Of a stretch of DNA of 64,000 nucleotides, positions 1-10,232 are shown piece after piece (position 1 is the first letter of the stretch; the number at the start of each line of letters is the position of its first letter). The notes under the pieces were generated by a model. It ran no database searches and had not been told where the DNA came from. It saw nothing but the letters and a program-made list of their open reading frames with translations. Both the position numbers and the translations under genes were made by a program. The stretch comes from an uncultured Candidatus Rokubacteria bacterium (GTDB lineage Bacteria; Methylomirabilota; Methylomirabilia; Rokubacteriales; CSP1-6), in contig CAVYTA010000007.1 in assembly GCA_963771355.1 (NCBI GenBank), positions 32,001-96,000 on the forward strand. Reading direction: 5' to 3'.

Positions 1-174
1 ACGCGCGAGTACCGGGAAAAGTTCGCCAACCCCTTCGTGGCCGCCGAGCGGGGCTACGTGGACGAGGTCATCGAGCCCCGGGACACCCGGCGCCGGCTCA
101 TCCAGGTGCTGGAGGTGCTTCACACCAAGCGCGACACCAACCCGCCCAAGAAGCACGGGAATATTCCCCTGTGA
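1..174 (+). CDS. pccB: Acyl-CoA (propionyl-CoA) carboxylase carboxyltransferase subunit, C-terminal fragment
   Basis: Frame 1 reads ...EKFANPFVAAERGYVDEVIEPRDTR...PPKKHGNIPL*, the typical carboxyltransferase C-terminus; next to the mutase gene. Confidence 0.85.
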   Translation, partial: TREYREKFANPFVAAERGYVDEVIEPRDTRRRLIQVLEVLHTKRDTNPPKKHGNIPL

Positions 175-198
175 GCTGGCCCCGATGAGCCGGTCCCG

Positions 199-1870
199 AT
201 GAGCGACGACGAGGCGAAGCGGATCGAGGAAGCACGGCGCGCCTGGGAGGCCCGGACGCGCAAGCCCGGCGGCGGGAGGCCGGCGGAGCGCCCCGGCCTC
301 TTCGCCACCTCCGGAGGCGCCCCCGTCGAGCCCCTCTACACGCCGGCGGACGTGGCCGGGCTCGACTATCTCCGCGATCTCGGCTTTCCGGGCGAGTACC
401 CGTACACGCGCGGGGTCCAGCCCTCCATGTATCGGGGACGTTTCTGGACGATGCGGCAGTACGCGGGCTTCGGCTCGGCGGTGGAGACCAACCGCCGCTA
501 CCGCTACCTCCTCGAGCAGGGGCAGACCGGCCTCAGCGTGGCCTTCGACCTGCCCACCCAGATGGGCTATGACGGTGACGATCCCATGGCGCGGAGCGAG
601 GTGGGCAAGGTGGGGGTGGCCATCTCGAGCCTGCCCGACATGCTCGATCTCTTCGACGGGATCCCGCTGGATCGGGTCTCCACCTCGATGACCATCAACG
701 CCACCGCGTCCATCCTCCTCGCGCTGTACATCGCGGTGGGGGAGCGGCAGGGGGTCGGCCCCGATCGGCTGTCGGGCACGGTGCAGAACGACATCCTGAA
801 GGAGTACATCGCGCGGGGCACCTACATCTTCCCGCCCACGCCGTCCATGCGGCTCATCACCGACACCTTCGCCTATTGCCGGGAGCGCGTGCCGCGCTGG
901 AATACCATCTCCATCTCCGGCTATCACCTGCGCGAAGCCGGCTCCACCGCGGGCCAGGAGCTCGCCTTCACGCTGTCCAACGGGATCGCCTACGTGACGG
1001 CAGCGCGGGAGGCGGGGCTCGAGGTGGACGAGTTCGCGCCGCAGCTCTCGTTCTTCTTCAATGCCCACAATAACCTCCTCGAGGAGGTGGCCAAGTTCCG
1101 CGCCGCACGCCGGATGTGGGCGCGGATCATGCGGGAGCGGTTCGCGGCCCGGGACCCGCGCTCGCTCATGCTCCGTTTCCACGCGCAGACCGCGGGCAGC
1201 ATGCTCACCGCGCAACAGCCCGCCAACAACATCGTGCGCGTGGCGGTGCAGGCCCTTGCCGCGGTGCTGGGGGGCTGCCAGTCCCTGCACACCAACTCCA
1301 TGGACGAGGCGCTGTCCCTGCCCACCGAGGAGTCGGTGCGCATCGCCCTCCGCACCCAGCAGATCCTGGCGCACGAGTCGGGGGTGGCCGATACCGCCGA
1401 TCCGCTGGGCGGCGCCTACGCGGTGGAGCGCCTCACCCGGCAGCTCGAGGAGGAAGCGGAGGCCTATATCGCCAAGATCGACGGGATGGGCGGCGCCGTG
1501 CAGGCCATCCCCTTCATGCAGCGCGAGATCCAGGAGGCCGCCTACCGCTATCAGCAGGAGGTGGAGGCCAAGGCCCGCATCGTGGTGGGCGTCAACGACT
1601 ACGTCGTCGACGAGCCTCCGGGCGGGAAGCTCTTCCAGATCGATCCCGCGGTGGGGGCGGCGGCGGCGGAGCGCCTGGAGATCCTCCGGCGCGCCCGCGA
1701 CGCCGGCGCGGCCGCGCGGGCGCTCGAGGCCATCGATCGCGCCGCCCGCGGGCGCGACAACCTCATGCCCCTCATCCTCGACGCCGTGCGGGCCTCGGTG
1801 ACCCTGGGCGAGATCTGCACCACGTTGCGCCGCGGTGTTCGGCACGCACCAGCCGTCGGTGGTGTTCTAG
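199..1870 (+). CDS. Methylmalonyl-CoA mutase, substrate-binding large subunit; apparent 1-nt insertion near 1831
   Basis: Motifs [44 protein letters not shown]; the expected end ([12 protein letters not shown]) lies in the +1 frame, with TAG at 1868-1870. Confidence 0.88.
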
Positions 1871-1872
1871 CG

Positions 1873-2682
1873 GTGCGGCGGTTGAGACGGTGGCTCGTCC
1901 CGGCGCTCCTCTGCCCACTCGTGCTCGCGGGCTCCCCCGGCGAGGCGGGGATGGCCGACCAGGTCGGCGCCACCTTCGGGCTCCTCGTTCAGGAGGTGAT
2001 GACGGCGTTCCCGGCCGTCGAGGGGCTGGTGGTGAGCGTGGACGGCGACCGCGTGTATCTGGATCTCACCGAGAAGGATGGCGTCCAGCGCGGGCAGGAG
2101 TTCACCGTCTTCCGCAAGGGGGAGGAGTTCCGCCATCCCTTCACGCAGAAGCCGCTCGGCCGCTTCGAGGACGTCCTGGGCTATGCGCAGATCACCCGCG
2201 TGGAGACCAGGTTCTCGGAGGGGCTGTTCATCCCCGTCCCCGACCGCGCCAAGGTGGCCGCGGAGGATGGCGTGCGCATCACCCGGGGCCGGATCAAGGT
2301 GGCGGTGGCGCCGACGCTCGACCTGACCAAGGCCCAGGCCGACCTCCGGCGCGTGCCCTTCATGATCGCGCTGGGGCTGGACCAGACCAAGCGCTTCCAG
2401 GCGGTGGACCCCGGGGTGGTGCAGGAGCTCTTCCTGAACCAGCGGGCCCGCAGCGAGGAGCTCCTGGTGCGACCCGAGCGCGCGGTCAGTCTCGGCCGGA
2501 CCCTCGACGTATCGGGCTGGCTGGTCCCCGTCCTGATCGACCGGCGGGGCACCACCTACCTCGACGTCACGTGGATCTCGGCGGTGACGGGCACCCCGCT
2601 CTTCTCACGCCGCCAGGCACTGACCCGGGCGCAGGGGGCCAGCGAGCAGCGCTTCCCCTGGGAGCCCCTCCCGGAGGACTAA
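1873..2682 (+). CDS. Secreted protein with FlgT C-terminal-like domain
   Basis: GTG start, signal peptide [20 protein letters not shown], motif VYLD...[23 protein letters not shown]; fused to the mutase in the ORF track. Confidence 0.7.
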   Translation: MRRLRRWLVPALLCPLVLAGSPGEAGMADQVGATFGLLVQEVMTAFPAVEGLVVSVDGDRVYLDLTEKDGVQRGQEFTVFRKGEEFRHPFTQKPLGRFEDVLGYAQITRVETRFSEGLFIPVPDRAKVAAEDGVRITRGRIKVAVAPTLDLTKAQADLRRVPFMIALGLDQTKRFQAVDPGVVQELFLNQRARSEELLVRPERAVSLGRTLDVSGWLVPVLIDRRGTTYLDVTWISAVTGTPLFSRRQALTRAQGASEQRFPWEPLPED

Positions 2683-2702
2683 TCTGCTATGCTTTGCCGG
2701 AC

Positions 2703-3434
2703 ATGCCGACCGCTCGCGCGCTTCGTCTGACCGCGGGTATCACGGCCGCCGCCATTCTGGCGACGGGATGCCAGACCGTTCGCGAGTTCGCCGGGTTCCC
2801 GGGCGCGGGCGATCCCAGCGTCACGATCAAGAGCGCGGAGCCGAAGTGGGTGCTGATCAAGAACCCGCGCTACGGCGACGTGGCCAGCGAGCCCGAGTAC
2901 ATCTGGGTGGAAGAAGACAAGATGCCCACCACGGTGAAGTCGTTCATGTTCGGCAAGTCCACCCTCCTCGCGCCGCCCGAGATAGTGCCGAAGTACGGGC
3001 TCCCGCCCGGCGGCGGCCGCGTCAGCTCGCTTCACAAGCTGCCCTATGACACGACTCCGGTGGCCGCGCCCGCGCCCGGCGGGGGCCGCGCGCCGCTGAC
3101 CGCGTCGACGACCACCCCCGCCACGCGCACCGACGGCGCGGTGGCGGTGGCGGCGGCGCCGCCCTCGCGCGGTTTCGTGGTGTTCGTGGACACCACGCGC
3201 ATCGTCATCGACCTCACCGCCCGCGACGGCGTCAAGCCCGGCACCATGGTCAGCCTGCGCCGTGACAAGATTCCCATTGTCCATCCCGTGACCGGCGAGC
3301 TCCTCGGCGAGCTGGACGAGGAGGTGGCCACCGGGAAGGTGATCGAGGTGCGCGACAAGTTCTCGGTGGTGGAGCTCCAGCGCGTCGAACAGGGGACGGA
3401 GATCAAGATCAAGGACCGGGTCGTTCTGCGGTGA
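2703..3434 (+). CDS. Lipoprotein with C-terminal FlgT-like domain
   Basis: Lipobox LATGC; IVIDL..DGVKPG...IVHPVTGELLG motif. Confidence 0.7.
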   Translation: MPTARALRLTAGITAAAILATGCQTVREFAGFPGAGDPSVTIKSAEPKWVLIKNPRYGDVASEPEYIWVEEDKMPTTVKSFMFGKSTLLAPPEIVPKYGLPPGGGRVSSLHKLPYDTTPVAAPAPGGGRAPLTASTTTPATRTDGAVAVAAAPPSRGFVVFVDTTRIVIDLTARDGVKPGTMVSLRRDKIPIVHPVTGELLGELDEEVATGKVIEVRDKFSVVELQRVEQGTEIKIKDRVVLR

Positions 3435-4456
3435 CCGCCCCCGCCCGCTCCGGCGTCAAGCCGCCCACCGCTCTCGAGACTCTTCTGAAGGAGCGCGTCT
3501 CCCTCATGATCGGCGGCGAGCTGGCCGCGATCGAGGCCGAGATCGCGCGCGAGCTCAACTCCTCGGTGGACCTCATCCGGGAGATGGGCGAGTTCATCGC
3601 GGGGGCCGGCGGCAAGCGGCTGCGTCCCATACTCCTCGTCATGGCCGCGCGCCTGGCTGGCTACCGGGGGCCGCGCGCGATCCGGATGGGCTGCGTGGTG
3701 GAGCTCCTGCACACCGCCACCCTCATCCACGATGACGTGGTGGACCAGGCGCCCCTCCGGCGCGGCCGTCCCTCCGCCAATGCGCGCTGGGGCGACGACG
3801 CCTCCGTGCTCGTGGGCGACCACCTCTACTCGAAGTCCTTCGCCCTCATGGTGGACGACGGCGATCCCGCCGTCCTCGACACGCTGGCGCGCGCCACCGT
3901 CTCGATGACCGAGGCCGAGGTGTTCCAGCTCGAGCGCAAGCGCAGCGGCACCACCACCGAGGCCGACTATCTGCGGATCATCACGCAGAAGACGGCGTCG
4001 TTCATCTCGGCCTGCTGCCGCATCGGGGGCGTGCTGGGCCGCGCCGACGCCGTGCGGCTCGAGGCGCTCACGCGCTACGGCCTGGACATCGGCATCGCCT
4101 TCCAGATCAGCGACGACTCGCTCGACTTCGTGGCCGACGAGGCGCGCCTGGGCAAGGCCATCGGCGCCGACCTGCGGGAGGGCAAGCGCACGCTGCCCCT
4201 CATCGCCACGCTGGAGCGGGCCGAGCCCGCCGAGCGCGAATGCATCCAGGCCGTGCTCAAGCGCGCCCGGCCGGAGACGGCCGACATCGAGGAGATCCGC
4301 CGCCTGGTCACCCGCTACGAGGGCGTGGAGTACGCGCTCGAGCGCGCCCACGCCTACGCGCAGACGGCCAAGGACGACCTCAAGCCTTTCGCCGACTCCG
4401 ACGACAAGGAGACCCTGGTCCTCATCGCGGACTTCGTGGTGGACCGGGACCGCTAG
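3431..4456 (+). CDS. Polyprenyl diphosphate synthase (IspB-like)
   Basis: GGKRLRP, LIHDDVVD..LRRG, AFQISDDSLD, GADLREGK motifs. Confidence 0.92.
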   Translation: MTAPARSGVKPPTALETLLKERVSLMIGGELAAIEAEIARELNSSVDLIREMGEFIAGAGGKRLRPILLVMAARLAGYRGPRAIRMGCVVELLHTATLIHDDVVDQAPLRRGRPSANARWGDDASVLVGDHLYSKSFALMVDDGDPAVLDTLARATVSMTEAEVFQLERKRSGTTTEADYLRIITQKTASFISACCRIGGVLGRADAVRLEALTRYGLDIGIAFQISDDSLDFVADEARLGKAIGADLREGKRTLPLIATLERAEPAERECIQAVLKRARPETADIEEIRRLVTRYEGVEYALERAHAYAQTAKDDLKPFADSDDKETLVLIADFVVDRDR

Positions 4457-4469
4457 TCTCTCGCCCGCC

Positions 4470-5249
4470 ATGCCGGGCCGCCTCATCACGCTGACCACGG
4501 ATTTCGGGGTCCGTGACCCGTTCGTCGGTGTCATGAAGGGCGTGATCCTCGGCATCTGCCCCGACGCCCGCCTGGTGGACCTCACCCACGAGATCGACCG
4601 CCAGGACGTGCGGGGCGCCCAGCTTGCCCTCGAGAGCGCGGTGGGCTTCTTTCCGCCGGGCACCGTTCACCTTGCCGTGGTCGACCCCGGGGTGGGGAGC
4701 GCGCGCCGGCCGCTGGCGCTGGAGTCGGGGGGCCGGCGATTCGTCGGCCCCGACAACGGCCTCTTCACCTTCGCCCTCGCCGATCCCGGCTGGACGGCGG
4801 TGACGCTGGAGGCGCCCCGATTCCGGCTGCCCGAGGTCTCCCGGACTTTTCACGGGCGCGACGTCTTCGCGCCGGCGGCCGCGCACCTGGCGCGTGGGGT
4901 GGCCCTGGCCGAGCTGGGCCCGCCGGCGCGCGATCTCGTGTGTCAGCCGCTCCCCGTGGCGCGGCGCGAAGGGGCGCGCCTGCTGGGGGAGGTGCTGGCG
5001 GTAGACCGCTTCGGCAACCTGATCACCTCGATCACCGTCGCGCAGCTCGCGGGAGCGCCGGGCGTGGCAGTGGAAGTGGCGGGGCGGTCGCTGGGAGCGC
5101 CCCGCGAGAGCTACCTGGAGGGCGAACGGGATCGAGCGGCCCCGATCATGGGATCACAGGGGCGGCTCGAGATCTTCGTGCGGGACGGCGACGCCCGCGC
5201 CCTGCTGGGAGCCGGGCCGGGGACGCCGGTATGGGTGACCCTGGGTTAG
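4470..5249 (+). CDS. SAM hydroxide adenosyltransferase (DUF62 family)
   Basis: ITLTTDFG, VVDPGVGS, GPDNG, TFHGRDVF, DRFGN motifs. Confidence 0.88.
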   Translation: MPGRLITLTTDFGVRDPFVGVMKGVILGICPDARLVDLTHEIDRQDVRGAQLALESAVGFFPPGTVHLAVVDPGVGSARRPLALESGGRRFVGPDNGLFTFALADPGWTAVTLEAPRFRLPEVSRTFHGRDVFAPAAAHLARGVALAELGPPARDLVCQPLPVARREGARLLGEVLAVDRFGNLITSITVAQLAGAPGVAVEVAGRSLGAPRESYLEGERDRAAPIMGSQGRLEIFVRDGDARALLGAGPGTPVWVTLG

Positions 5250-5686
5250 TCGGACGGCTTGGAGGGCTTGGGCGGCTTGGAAGAAGCGGATTTGCTTTTG
5301 GCACCTTCCGTCTTGCCCCCTTCGCTCCCGCCACTGCTGCCGCTCGCCCCCCCGCCGTTGGAAGCGCCGTCGCCCTTGGAGGCCCCGCCCGTCTTGGACG
5401 GGCCGTCGCCCGAGGTGCCGGAAGATGAGGGGGGGCTTTCACCCCCCGTGCTAGACTGGGCGCCGGTCGAGGATGAGGATTCGGCTTTCATCGCCTTCTT
5501 CCTCGAATCCGACGGGTAGTCGGTGACGTACCACCCGCCACCCTTGAGGATGAAGGTGGAGGCGCTCAAGAGCCGTTGCACGGGACCGCCGCATACGTCG
5601 CACGTCTCGAGCGGCTTCTCCGTGATGCGCTGTCGCACCTCGAAGACGCGAGGACATTTCGGACATTCGTACTCGTAAGTGGGCAC
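5246..5686 (-). CDS. FmdB-family zinc-ribbon protein with S/G/K-rich tail
   Basis: PTYEYECPKC...CDVCGG...FILKGGGWYVTDY; GTG start. Confidence 0.85.
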   Translation of the reverse strand: MPTYEYECPKCPRVFEVRQRITEKPLETCDVCGGPVQRLLSASTFILKGGGWYVTDYPSDSRKKAMKAESSSSTGAQSSTGGESPPSSSGTSGDGPSKTGGASKGDGASNGGGASGSSGGSEGGKTEGAKSKSASSKPPKPSKPSD

Positions 5687-5700
5687 GCCCAAACAAGTAC

Positions 5701-6387
5701 ATGGCTAACGTGGTGCTGTCAAGGAACGGAGTCGGAGCGCTGGTCGCGGCGCTCGCCGCTCTTGTCCTGGCCGCGGGTGGCTGTGCGACCAGCAAGGACG
5801 CGCAGGTTCGCAAGATCCAGGCGCGTAATGCCTACGATCAGGGCGGAAGCAACTTACGGGAGGGCCGCGTCTCGCTCGGTCTCGCCGCGCTACAGGAGGC
5901 GGTGCAGCTCGACCCCGAGAACCCCCTCTACTACAACGCGCTTGGCGTCGCCCAGCTCCAGCTCCGCCGGTGGCCCGAGGCGCAGGCGTCATTCGAGAAG
6001 GCCATCGAGTTGGACGGGGCGTACGCCGAGGCCTATCACAACCTGGGCCTGGCCCTGGCTCGACAGGGGCGCCTGGACCAGGCCGTCGCCAGCTACCGGA
6101 AGGCCTTGACCTTTCCCACCTACCCGAGCCCGGAGCTGGCCTACCACAATATGGGGGAGGCCTACCTGAGGCAGGGGAAGCTCCGCGAAGCGGAGGAGTC
6201 CCTCCGCCAGGCCATCCAGCTCGAGACGAAGAACCAGTTTTCTCATTATTTGCTGGGAGTTGTCCTAGCCGAGACTGGCCGGAAGGCCGAGGCCGCGAAT
6301 GTGTTCCGCCAGGCCCGGGACCTCGATCCCGACTCCTCCGTCGGGCTTCTGACGGTGGAGGCTCTGAAGAGCCTCGAAACGCGCTAG
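5701..6387 (+). CDS. TPR lipoprotein, PilF/PilW-like
   Basis: Lipobox AGGC; tandem TPRs (AYHNLG, PTYPSPELAYHNMG); start codon uncertain. Confidence 0.75.
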   Translation: MANVVLSRNGVGALVAALAALVLAAGGCATSKDAQVRKIQARNAYDQGGSNLREGRVSLGLAALQEAVQLDPENPLYYNALGVAQLQLRRWPEAQASFEKAIELDGAYAEAYHNLGLALARQGRLDQAVASYRKALTFPTYPSPELAYHNMGEAYLRQGKLREAEESLRQAIQLETKNQFSHYLLGVVLAETGRKAEAANVFRQARDLDPDSSVGLLTVEALKSLETR

Positions 6388-6582
6388 TTCGGGCATAATT
6401 CCTTGACCCAAGTTACCCCATTGCGGTAAAAAAGATCGTTGTCGTGAAGTCTCTGCGCCCCCCTATCTGTCTAGGGGATTCTCGGAGTGGCAGCACCGTG
6501 GTACCGCGTAGCCTGCACCAGGGCAGTCGAGGCAGGGGTTCTCGGAAGCACGAGAAGCCAACCACCAATGAGGAGAGGGTTC

Positions 6583-8220
6583 ATGAGAAAGTTGCTCGTA
6601 GTCACCTTGGCCGTGGTCGCCCTCATCGGCACCATGGCCCCAGGGGCGTTCGCGCAACCGGCCGCAGCGCCGGCGGCTCCGCCCCTGACGTTCAACATCA
6701 ACGGGTTCCTCGACACGGTCTCGTCGGCGAGCTGGAACCTGCGCGATTCGAACTTCACGCGAACGGGCGACAAGGAGTGGTACGCCCGGAACCGCGGCCG
6801 TATCAACATCGAAGGCCGCGCCGGCAACGCCGTGTTCGTGTGGGGTATCGAGATCGACACCACATGGGGCCAGACGAGCGGCACGGACAATAACCTGGCC
6901 GGTCAGGTGGTCGGTAACAACCAGCAGCGCGCCGGTACCACGTCGGGCTTCGATCTCAACACCGACGTGCAGGCCAGCGTGGAGACCAAGTGGCTCTTCG
7001 CCGAGTTCGACGCGCCGCTCCTTCCGTTCGCCACGCGCGTTCGCGTGGGTGCCCAGCCGTACTCGGTCACCTACAAGATCTGCGCCTTGGCGTGCTCCGA
7101 CTTCGCGGGGGTGAACCTCACCACCACGTGGTCGCCGAACGTCAAGTCGCACCTGACCTTCGCCCAGATCGAGGAAGAGCTCACGGGCCCGAGCACGGGC
7201 GGCACGGGTCTCACCGGCTTCAATCGCGGTGACGACTTCGCCTTCATCGGGAGCGTCGAGATCACCCCGTTCAAGGGCCTCGATATCCGTCCGATCTATT
7301 CGTACGCCTGGCTCCAGGGCGCGACGAACGCGGGCGCTCGCTCCATTGTCAGCGGCGGTGCCAACGCCGTCACTACCACTTACGTCTCCCGCCTCGCCGG
7401 TGGTTGCTCCCCGGGGGTTGCTACGTGCGGTCTCGTGGCGGCGACCCCGGGGGCCCCGACCAACGAGGAGCACCGGCACACCATCGGTGTTGATACGCGG
7501 TGGCGTTCGGGCCCCTTCTCGGTGGAGCCCACGATCTTCTATCAGTTCGGTACGCGTGACACCGATAACCCGTTCGGCGGCCCGACCAACCTGAGCAGTG
7601 AGGCCGACATCTCGGCCTTTCTCTTCGACCTGAAGACCGGCTGGCGCATCGGTCCGCTGCTTATGGAATTCCGGGGCATGTACACCACGGGTAACCGGCC
7701 GAAGGACCAGTTGCACAAAGAAGTGAACTACTACTCCCCGGTCACCGGTGACACGGGCTGGTATTCGGACGGGTGGGGTAATATCACCGCCCTCGGTATC
7801 GACTACTTCAACGGCGCCATCCGTGGTCTCGGGAACAATATCGGGTTCGATCGCTATGGCCGTCAGCAGCTCGCTGGGAAGGTGACCTATAGCATCACCC
7901 CGCAGCTCGACGTGTACGGGCTGGCCATGGGGGTGTGGACGGCTCGTTCGGTTGATACGGACGGGACGTTTAACGCGGCGGTCGTGAACTGCGATGGCCT
8001 GCGCGGGGGGAGTTGTAAGGGTGACTCCGCGTTTATCGGTCACGAGTATAATCTCGGTACCACCTGGCGGTTCGCGCCGGGCCTGACGTTCGATCTCGTG
8101 GGCGCCTACCTCTTCGCGGGCGACGCCCTGGACACGACCGAAGTCATCAGCGGTGTGGCCACCAAGCGGGATGCCAAGGATGTCTACACGGTGGCCGCCC
8201 GTCTGCGTCTGAGCTTCTAA
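6583..8220 (+). CDS. Outer-membrane beta-barrel protein / porin
   Basis: SD AGGAG, signal peptide ending AFA-Q, amphipathic beta strands, C-terminal RLRLSF BAM-type signal. Confidence 0.8.
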   Translation: MRKLLVVTLAVVALIGTMAPGAFAQPAAAPAAPPLTFNINGFLDTVSSASWNLRDSNFTRTGDKEWYARNRGRINIEGRAGNAVFVWGIEIDTTWGQTSGTDNNLAGQVVGNNQQRAGTTSGFDLNTDVQASVETKWLFAEFDAPLLPFATRVRVGAQPYSVTYKICALACSDFAGVNLTTTWSPNVKSHLTFAQIEEELTGPSTGGTGLTGFNRGDDFAFIGSVEITPFKGLDIRPIYSYAWLQGATNAGARSIVSGGANAVTTTYVSRLAGGCSPGVATCGLVAATPGAPTNEEHRHTIGVDTRWRSGPFSVEPTIFYQFGTRDTDNPFGGPTNLSSEADISAFLFDLKTGWRIGPLLMEFRGMYTTGNRPKDQLHKEVNYYSPVTGDTGWYSDGWGNITALGIDYFNGAIRGLGNNIGFDRYGRQQLAGKVTYSITPQLDVYGLAMGVWTARSVDTDGTFNAAVVNCDGLRGGSCKGDSAFIGHEYNLGTTWRFAPGLTFDLVGAYLFAGDALDTTEVISGVATKRDAKDVYTVAARLRLSF

Positions 8221-8243
8221 CTGCCACCGAAGCGGTAGTAGGG

Positions 8244-8286
8244 AGCGGGGCATGGGGGACAGACTCCATGCCCCGCTTTCTTTTCT
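8244..8286 (+). terminator. Rho-independent terminator after the porin gene
   Basis: Stem AGCGGGGCATGG / CCATGCCCCGCT followed by TTCTTTT. Confidence 0.8.
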
Positions 8287-8341
8287 CCGCCCGTCATTCC
8301 AGAGAGTTGCCTGTCCCGGGTCAGGGCGCTATAGTGCGGGC

Positions 8342-10228
8342 ATGGCCCGCCGTCTCCTGATCGGTTTCCTCGTCTATCTCCTGGCGGGCGGGGCATCCCT
8401 GGCGTTCGCCCAGCAGCGGCCGGCGCCCGCCGACACCCCCGGCCCGGCGCCGGGCCCCACCGTCCCGATGACCGTGCTCGCCGATCAGCTGGTGGATCTC
8501 TTCCCCAAGGTCGAAGGGGACGTGCTGGAGGTCCAGGAGGGCACGCTCACCCTCGGGGTGGGGCGCAAGGATGGGGCCCGTCGCGGGCTCGACCTGGCGC
8601 TGTTTCGCGAGGGCCGGGAGATCAAGCACCCCAAGACCGGCCAGCTGCTGGGCCGCTCCGAGATGGCTCTGGGGCGCGTGACCCTCACCGAGATAGAGGA
8701 GCAGTTCTCGCGCGGCACCGCCACCGCCACCGTCCCGATCGTGGCGGGGGATCGCTTCCGGCTCTCGTCCGGCAAGATCCGGCTCACGCTCCTGCCCCTG
8801 GCAGGGGGCGCCCGTGACAACCTCATCGAGGCCACCACCCAGGAGCTGGTCGAGCGGCTCAACGGCTCCGGCCGCTTCGTGGTGAGCATGGGTGATTCCA
8901 TCAACCCGTACCTGGCCCAGGAGGGGATCAAGGCCGACGAGTTCCTGGACGGGAAGGGCGTGAAGGAGGCGGCCGCGCGCTTCAAGGTCGAGAACCTCCT
9001 GGTATTGCATTTCAAGCGCGTGCAGAACCGACCCTTCATGGAGGTGCGCTTCTTTTCCCTCCCGGGCCGCGACGCCCTCGTGAGCACTGCCTTCTTCGTG
9101 CCGCCGTCCATCCGCACCGCCGCTGACAAGGACCGCTTCTCCTCGGCCGTCCGCGACGTGAATCGGCCCCAGGCCAAGCCGCGGTCGCTCCTCTCTCGTC
9201 TCCTCGGCGGCGACCTGGAGGCCGGATCGTTCTCCACCGGCGAGAACTCCATCCCGCTGAGGGAGGTGGCCCGCTTCGCCTTCCCCGTGCTCGCCATGGA
9301 CATCTCGGTGCAGCCCAAAGACAAGGTCCCGCGGGTGGCGGTGAGTGACGGCGAGAAGGTCTACCAGTACCGGCTCGTGAACCAGAAGTTCGAGCCCGAA
9401 TGGTCCTTCGCGGTGGGGACGCTGGGACGCGTGATGTCGATCCAGCTCGTCGATCTCGACGGCGACGGCATCTTCGAGGTGGTGGCCAACCGCTACCACA
9501 ACAAGGCCGGGCTCAACTCCTTCGTGATCACCGCCAAGGACGGGAAGCCCAAATTCCTGGCCGACAACCTCGAGATGTTCCTCTTCGGGCTCGACGCGAA
9601 GAACGAGGGCCACAAGCAGACGCTCTGGGCCCAGCGTTACAACTCGGACAACTTCTTCACACCGGGTCAGGCGGAGCAGGTCGTGATCAAGAAGGGCGGC
9701 ATCGTGGCGGAGAAGCCGGTGCGGGTGCCCACCTCTTTCCGGCCCATGGGTGCGGCGTTCTCCAACATCCACGGCAAGGACACCCGCGCCCTCGCCCACA
9801 TCGACGCGTTCAACCGGCTCCAGATCTCGCTGGACGGCGAGGACGTCTGGCGCTCGTCCACGATGGTGGGCGGCGGCTACATCAAGATGGAGCTGGTGAT
9901 CGAGCGCGGGCGTCAGGGCAGCCAGAGCAAGTTCTACAAGATCGAGCCCACCCCGCTCTCGGTGGATCTCGACGGCGACGGCATCGAGGAGCTGGTGATT
10001 CCCCAGAACCAGATCCGGGAAGGCCTGCTCGCAGTGGTGTTCAAGGGGCCGGCCGGCTATCGCCTGCAGTCCATCGAATCCGGCTTCGAGGGCGGCATCA
10101 CCGCGCTGGGCGCGTACCGCACCGAGGACAGCAATCAGCCCACCCTGGTGGCGGCGGTCGTCCGCTTCAACAGCTTCTTCAGTAGCGCGGGTGAGACGCA
10201 GATCATCATGACCATCCCGCAGGAGTAG
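8342..10228 (+). CDS. Secreted protein: FlgT-like domain plus FG-GAP/VCBS-repeat beta-propeller
   Basis: Signal peptide; LFREGREIKHPKTGQLLG; two DLDGDGI.E repeats. Confidence 0.75.
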   Translation: MARRLLIGFLVYLLAGGASLAFAQQRPAPADTPGPAPGPTVPMTVLADQLVDLFPKVEGDVLEVQEGTLTLGVGRKDGARRGLDLALFREGREIKHPKTGQLLGRSEMALGRVTLTEIEEQFSRGTATATVPIVAGDRFRLSSGKIRLTLLPLAGGARDNLIEATTQELVERLNGSGRFVVSMGDSINPYLAQEGIKADEFLDGKGVKEAAARFKVENLLVLHFKRVQNRPFMEVRFFSLPGRDALVSTAFFVPPSIRTAADKDRFSSAVRDVNRPQAKPRSLLSRLLGGDLEAGSFSTGENSIPLREVARFAFPVLAMDISVQPKDKVPRVAVSDGEKVYQYRLVNQKFEPEWSFAVGTLGRVMSIQLVDLDGDGIFEVVANRYHNKAGLNSFVITAKDGKPKFLADNLEMFLFGLDAKNEGHKQTLWAQRYNSDNFFTPGQAEQVVIKKGGIVAEKPVRVPTSFRPMGAAFSNIHGKDTRALAHIDAFNRLQISLDGEDVWRSSTMVGGGYIKMELVIERGRQGSQSKFYKIEPTPLSVDLDGDGIEELVIPQNQIREGLLAVVFKGPAGYRLQSIESGFEGGITALGAYRTEDSNQPTLVAAVVRFNSFFSSAGETQIIMTIPQE

Positions 10229-10232
10229 GGGC

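Noticed and set aside
199..2682. 827-aa mutase fusion protein
   Set aside because: Explained by a 1-nt frameshift; an internal signal peptide marks a separate gene
4470..5249. Fluorinase/chlorinase
   Set aside because: Has the TFHGRD motif typical of DUF62 SAM hydrolases and no biosynthetic cluster context
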